Below, piece after piece: positions 60,856 to 64,000 of a DNA stretch of 64,000 nt; position 1 is the stretch's first letter, and every line of letters begins with the position of its first letter. The stretch is from Nostoc sp. DedSLP01 (GTDB taxonomy: Bacteria; Cyanobacteriota; Cyanobacteriia; Cyanobacteriales; Nostocaceae): the NCBI GenBank assembly GCA_034530875.2, contig JAVRCJ020000007.1:1-64000 (forward strand), written 5' to 3'. Made by a program: the position numbers and the translations under genes. The notes under the pieces were generated by a model. The model saw only the letters and a program-made list of their open reading frames with translations, was not told the origin of the DNA and did not search any database.

Positions 60856-63800
60856 TTAATTGCCTGCGCTGATGAGAAATTCACGGATTTTTTTGACTTG
60901 AAACTTTTTAGCTAATTGTTTCAATTCTTGGGAAAAATTAAGATATTCAACATTTGATTCTTGCAAGCGAGATGCCTGCTCGATAATTGCTTTCAGGTCG
61001 CCTCTTTTAGCTAAATTCAACAGTAAAGCTATTTCTTCAGATGGAGGAAAGACTAAAGTTTGTTCCCCAACATTAGGTTGAGAATGAACAACGTTTTCTG
61101 ATTCTTTGTCGTACATCCATTGTAAATTTAAATAAAGTTGCAACTTTGCTAATAGTTCTGATGTTCTGATAGGCTTAGGAAGAAAATCATTACATCCAAT
61201 TTCTTTACTTTTTTGTTGGTCAAAATCAAAAACACTAGCAGAAGTTCCCAAAATTATCGTATTTTTAATTTCTGGCGATCGCCTGATTCTCCGAGTCGCC
61301 TCTAAACCGCTTAGTGTCGGCATCATCAAATCCATTAATATACAATCAGGCTGCAATTGTGTTGCTTTTTCTAAACAATCTTGACCATCGACTGCCTCGA
61401 TAATTTCAAATCCATAATGAGCGAGTATTTTTAGCAAAATTAAGCGATTTTCTAACCTGTCATCAGCAACAATTATTTTACGTTTTTCACCTAGATACCC
61501 GATAATATTTTGTGTTGCTGCTTGTACTGATTCTGGAGATTGTTCAACTTCTGGCAACTCAATATCAAACCAGAAAATACTACCTTTACCTAAACTACTT
61601 TGAACTTGAATTTCTCCTCCCATCATATCTACTAATTTGCGGCTGATAGATAGCCCCAATCCCGTACCTTCTACTTTGCGATTGTGTTCGCCTACTTGGT
61701 GAAAGGGTAAAAAGATTTCGTTTAATTGTTCGGGAGTCATACCCACGCCTGTATCTTCTATCTGAAACCTAATTTTGCGATCGTGATAGCCTACTTTTAA
61801 TCTGACTTCTCCTACTTCTGTAAATTTCACCGCATTTCCAAGTAAATTAATTAAAACTTGTCGCAACCGTTTTTCATCGGTTTTCACTCCTTTAGGCAAA
61901 TTGCTTGTTGCCTGATAAATTAAACCAATACCTTTTTGTTGAGCGCGGATGCGGCAAATTTCTGCAATGCCTTCCAGAAAATCAGGAAAATGAAACTCTG
62001 TAGGATATAATTCCATTTTCCGGGCTTCAATTTTGGCAAGATCCAAAACTTCATTAATCAAATTTAAAAGATGATCGCCACACTGATAAATAATATTTAG
62101 CCCATCTTTTTGAGAACTCGTGACATCTTTTTCTCGTTGCAAAATTTGCGCGTAACCTAAAATGCCATTTAAAGGTGTGCGGAGTTCGTGACTCATATTT
62201 GCTAAAAACTCACTCTTGGCTTGATTGGCAGATTGCGCTGCTGCTTCGGCTTTTTGCAAATGCACATTTTTTTCTTGTAATTCTTGGGTTCGCTCTTGTA
62301 CCTTAGCTTCTAAAGTGGCGTTAGCTGTTGCTAAATCGCTATAAAGACGAGCATTTTCAATAGAAATTGCTGCTTGGGAAGATAAAAGTTTTAAGATTTC
62401 CAATCTATCTGGAGTAAAGGCTTCAGTTGTCAGGTTATTTTCTAAATAAAGAATGCCAGCTAATTTTCCTTGATGCAGCAGTGGCGTACATAATAATGAT
62501 TTAGGTTTGTGATTAAGAATGTAAGGATCGGTGGCAAAAATCCCGTCGCAAGTTGTATTACTACAGAGAACATTTTCATGAGTTCTAGCTACATAGTTAA
62601 TTACAGAAATAGGTAAAGCTTCGCTAGTGGCTACTGGCTGCGATTGCATAACAATCGCTTCTTTTTGTTCTACGGTTGCTGTTGCTTCTATGAGTAAATT
62701 TCCATCTATCTCTAAAATTAAATACCCACTTTGAGCGCCAGCATTCTCTAGTACAATTTGCATTAATTTAGCCAGCAATTTACTCAAGACAATCTCGCCA
62801 GAAAGAGCTTGAGAAGCTTTCATCACCGTCATTAAGTCGAGATTATGACTGTCTTTGATAATGGTAGAACTTGTTTGAGTCAGTTCTTTGTTATTTGTAT
62901 CTGGTTTTTGGATATTTTGTGATGTTTCACGAAAATCAGGTTCCCGTCTACCCGCAATCAATTGGGGATAGCGTGTTTCTAAATCTTTGACTTTAGCGAT
63001 CGCTCCCCAATGCTGATAGGTATAATAGGCATTATTCATGTAGGTTTGAGCAATAGTTTCTTTACCCCATGACAAATAAAACTTAGCAGCTAATTCATGC
63101 GCCAGGGCTTCTTCATTGATATACTCGTTTTCTTTGGCAAGTGCGATCGCGCGATCGTACATTTCAATTGCTTCTATTTTTTCACCTTTTACTCGGTATC
63201 TTTCTGCCTCTACTAAATAGAATTTGTGCAGATGATTCATCGGGGCATGATGCGCCCATTTTTGCATTTTTTCTTGATTAGCTTCGACGCGAACGAGAAT
63301 GTTCTGCTGTTCAGACTCGAGATTATCGCCATACACTGCCAGTCGGATTAAAGAATCGTAGAAATGGAAAATCACAAAAACTAGCTGCCCTGCTGCTGCA
63401 TCCAAATAATTTTCTGCTTCCTGGAGATTTTCTAACGCTTGGGAGTAGTTTTCTAATAGATAACAAAGCAGGAGTTTTTCCAAATATACAAAATAAATTG
63501 CTACGCGATCGTTGGTTGAATGGTGCAGGGGCAGCATTTTATCTTCATCATAAGCTTCACCTTTTAAAATGCACGGATTTTGATTTTTTCCCATTAAATT
63601 TAAGACAGTTTGCCAATAAATCTCGTGATAATGCAGCGATGTTTCTTGCTTAATTTTACTAATCGCTTCCCAGTAGGCTGGCATTTCTTGTTCAATTGCA
63701 GCTAGTTGCTTAGCCGCCCAATATTGTTGAGAACAATATCCAAATGCACCATAAGCAGCATATTCTAAATCTCCAATTTCTAAACCCCTAGAGTAATTTG

Positions 63801-64000
63801 ATCGAAAAGTTTCTAAGGTATTGCTAACGTGTTCTTTCCAATGTTGAATAAATATATATACTAGTTGATATGTCTTGGCACTAACTTTTTTGGCATTTAA
63901 TTTTGCAACCAAATTTAAAGCTAATTGACCAAATTGATAGCCTCGTTCAATATCTCCCACAACCCCACATAAAAGAAAACCATAAAGGGAATAGGTATGA
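60856..64000 (-). CDS. C-terminal part of a large helical-repeat/GAF/histidine kinase/receiver protein (HstK-like), 5'-truncated by the window edge
   Basis: [38 protein letters not shown], receiver; frame runs to the window end. Confidence 0.85.
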   Translation of the reverse strand, partial: HTYSLYGFLLCGVVGDIERGYQFGQLALNLVAKLNAKKVSAKTYQLVYIFIQHWKEHVSNTLETFRSNYSRGLEIGDLEYAAYGAFGYCSQQYWAAKQLAAIEQEMPAYWEAISKIKQETSLHYHEIYWQTVLNLMGKNQNPCILKGEAYDEDKMLPLHHSTNDRVAIYFVYLEKLLLCYLLENYSQALENLQEAENYLDAAAGQLVFVIFHFYDSLIRLAVYGDNLESEQQNILVRVEANQEKMQKWAHHAPMNHLHKFYLVEAERYRVKGEKIEAIEMYDRAIALAKENEYINEEALAHELAAKFYLSWGKETIAQTYMNNAYYTYQHWGAIAKVKDLETRYPQLIAGRREPDFRETSQNIQKPDTNNKELTQTSSTIIKDSHNLDLMTVMKASQALSGEIVLSKLLAKLMQIVLENAGAQSGYLILEIDGNLLIEATATVEQKEAIVMQSQPVATSEALPISVINYVARTHENVLCSNTTCDGIFATDPYILNHKPKSLLCTPLLHQGKLAGILYLENNLTTEAFTPDRLEILKLLSSQAAISIENARLYSDLATANATLEAKVQERTQELQEKNVHLQKAEAAAQSANQAKSEFLANMSHELRTPLNGILGYAQILQREKDVTSSQKDGLNIIYQCGDHLLNLINEVLDLAKIEARKMELYPTEFHFPDFLEGIAEICRIRAQQKGIGLIYQATSNLPKGVKTDEKRLRQVLINLLGNAVKFTEVGEVRLKVGYHDRKIRFQIEDTGVGMTPEQLNEIFLPFHQVGEHNRKVEGTGLGLSISRKLVDMMGGEIQVQSSLGKGSIFWFDIELPEVEQSPESVQAATQNIIGYLGEKRKIIVADDRLENRLILLKILAHYGFEIIEAVDGQDCLEKATQLQPDCILMDLMMPTLSGLEATRRIRRSPEIKNTIILGTSASVFDFDQQKSKEIGCNDFLPKPIRTSELLAKLQLYLNLQWMYDKESENVVHSQPNVGEQTLVFPPSEEIALLLNLAKRGDLKAIIEQASRLQESNVEYLNFSQELKQLAKKFQVKKIREFLISAGN

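Overview
Heterocystous-cyanobacterium-like (Nostocales-type, HIP1 GCGATCGC-rich) chromosomal window. Left part (1-20.1 kb): a hybrid histidine kinase, a mycosporine-like amino acid cluster (mysH-like, MFS, mysABCD), two ammonium transporters, purE, nagA and a cobalamin-riboswitch-controlled DUF1636-cobK pair. Centre (20232-52982, ~32.75 kb): an apparently intact type V-K CRISPR-associated transposon (CAST) inserted ~60 bp past a GTT PAM in tRNA-Val(GAC). It carries both TGTACA ends, a tRNA-homing mini-spacer, a 2-spacer array, tracrRNA, cas12k, cvkR and tniQ-tnsC-tnsB. Its cargo is a type I R-M system, a CARF-domain/ABC-ATPase fusion coupled to a PLD-like protein (best candidate for an undescribed defence system), a Panacea/PemK TA pair, a dead tniQ fragment and a ~13.7 kb cluster of exported TPR-CHAT and caspase-like proteases. 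Right part: Uma2 nuclease, a P-type ATPase relic, sensor kinases and a MobD-like gene. All family calls come from motif recognition by eye; no database search was run.
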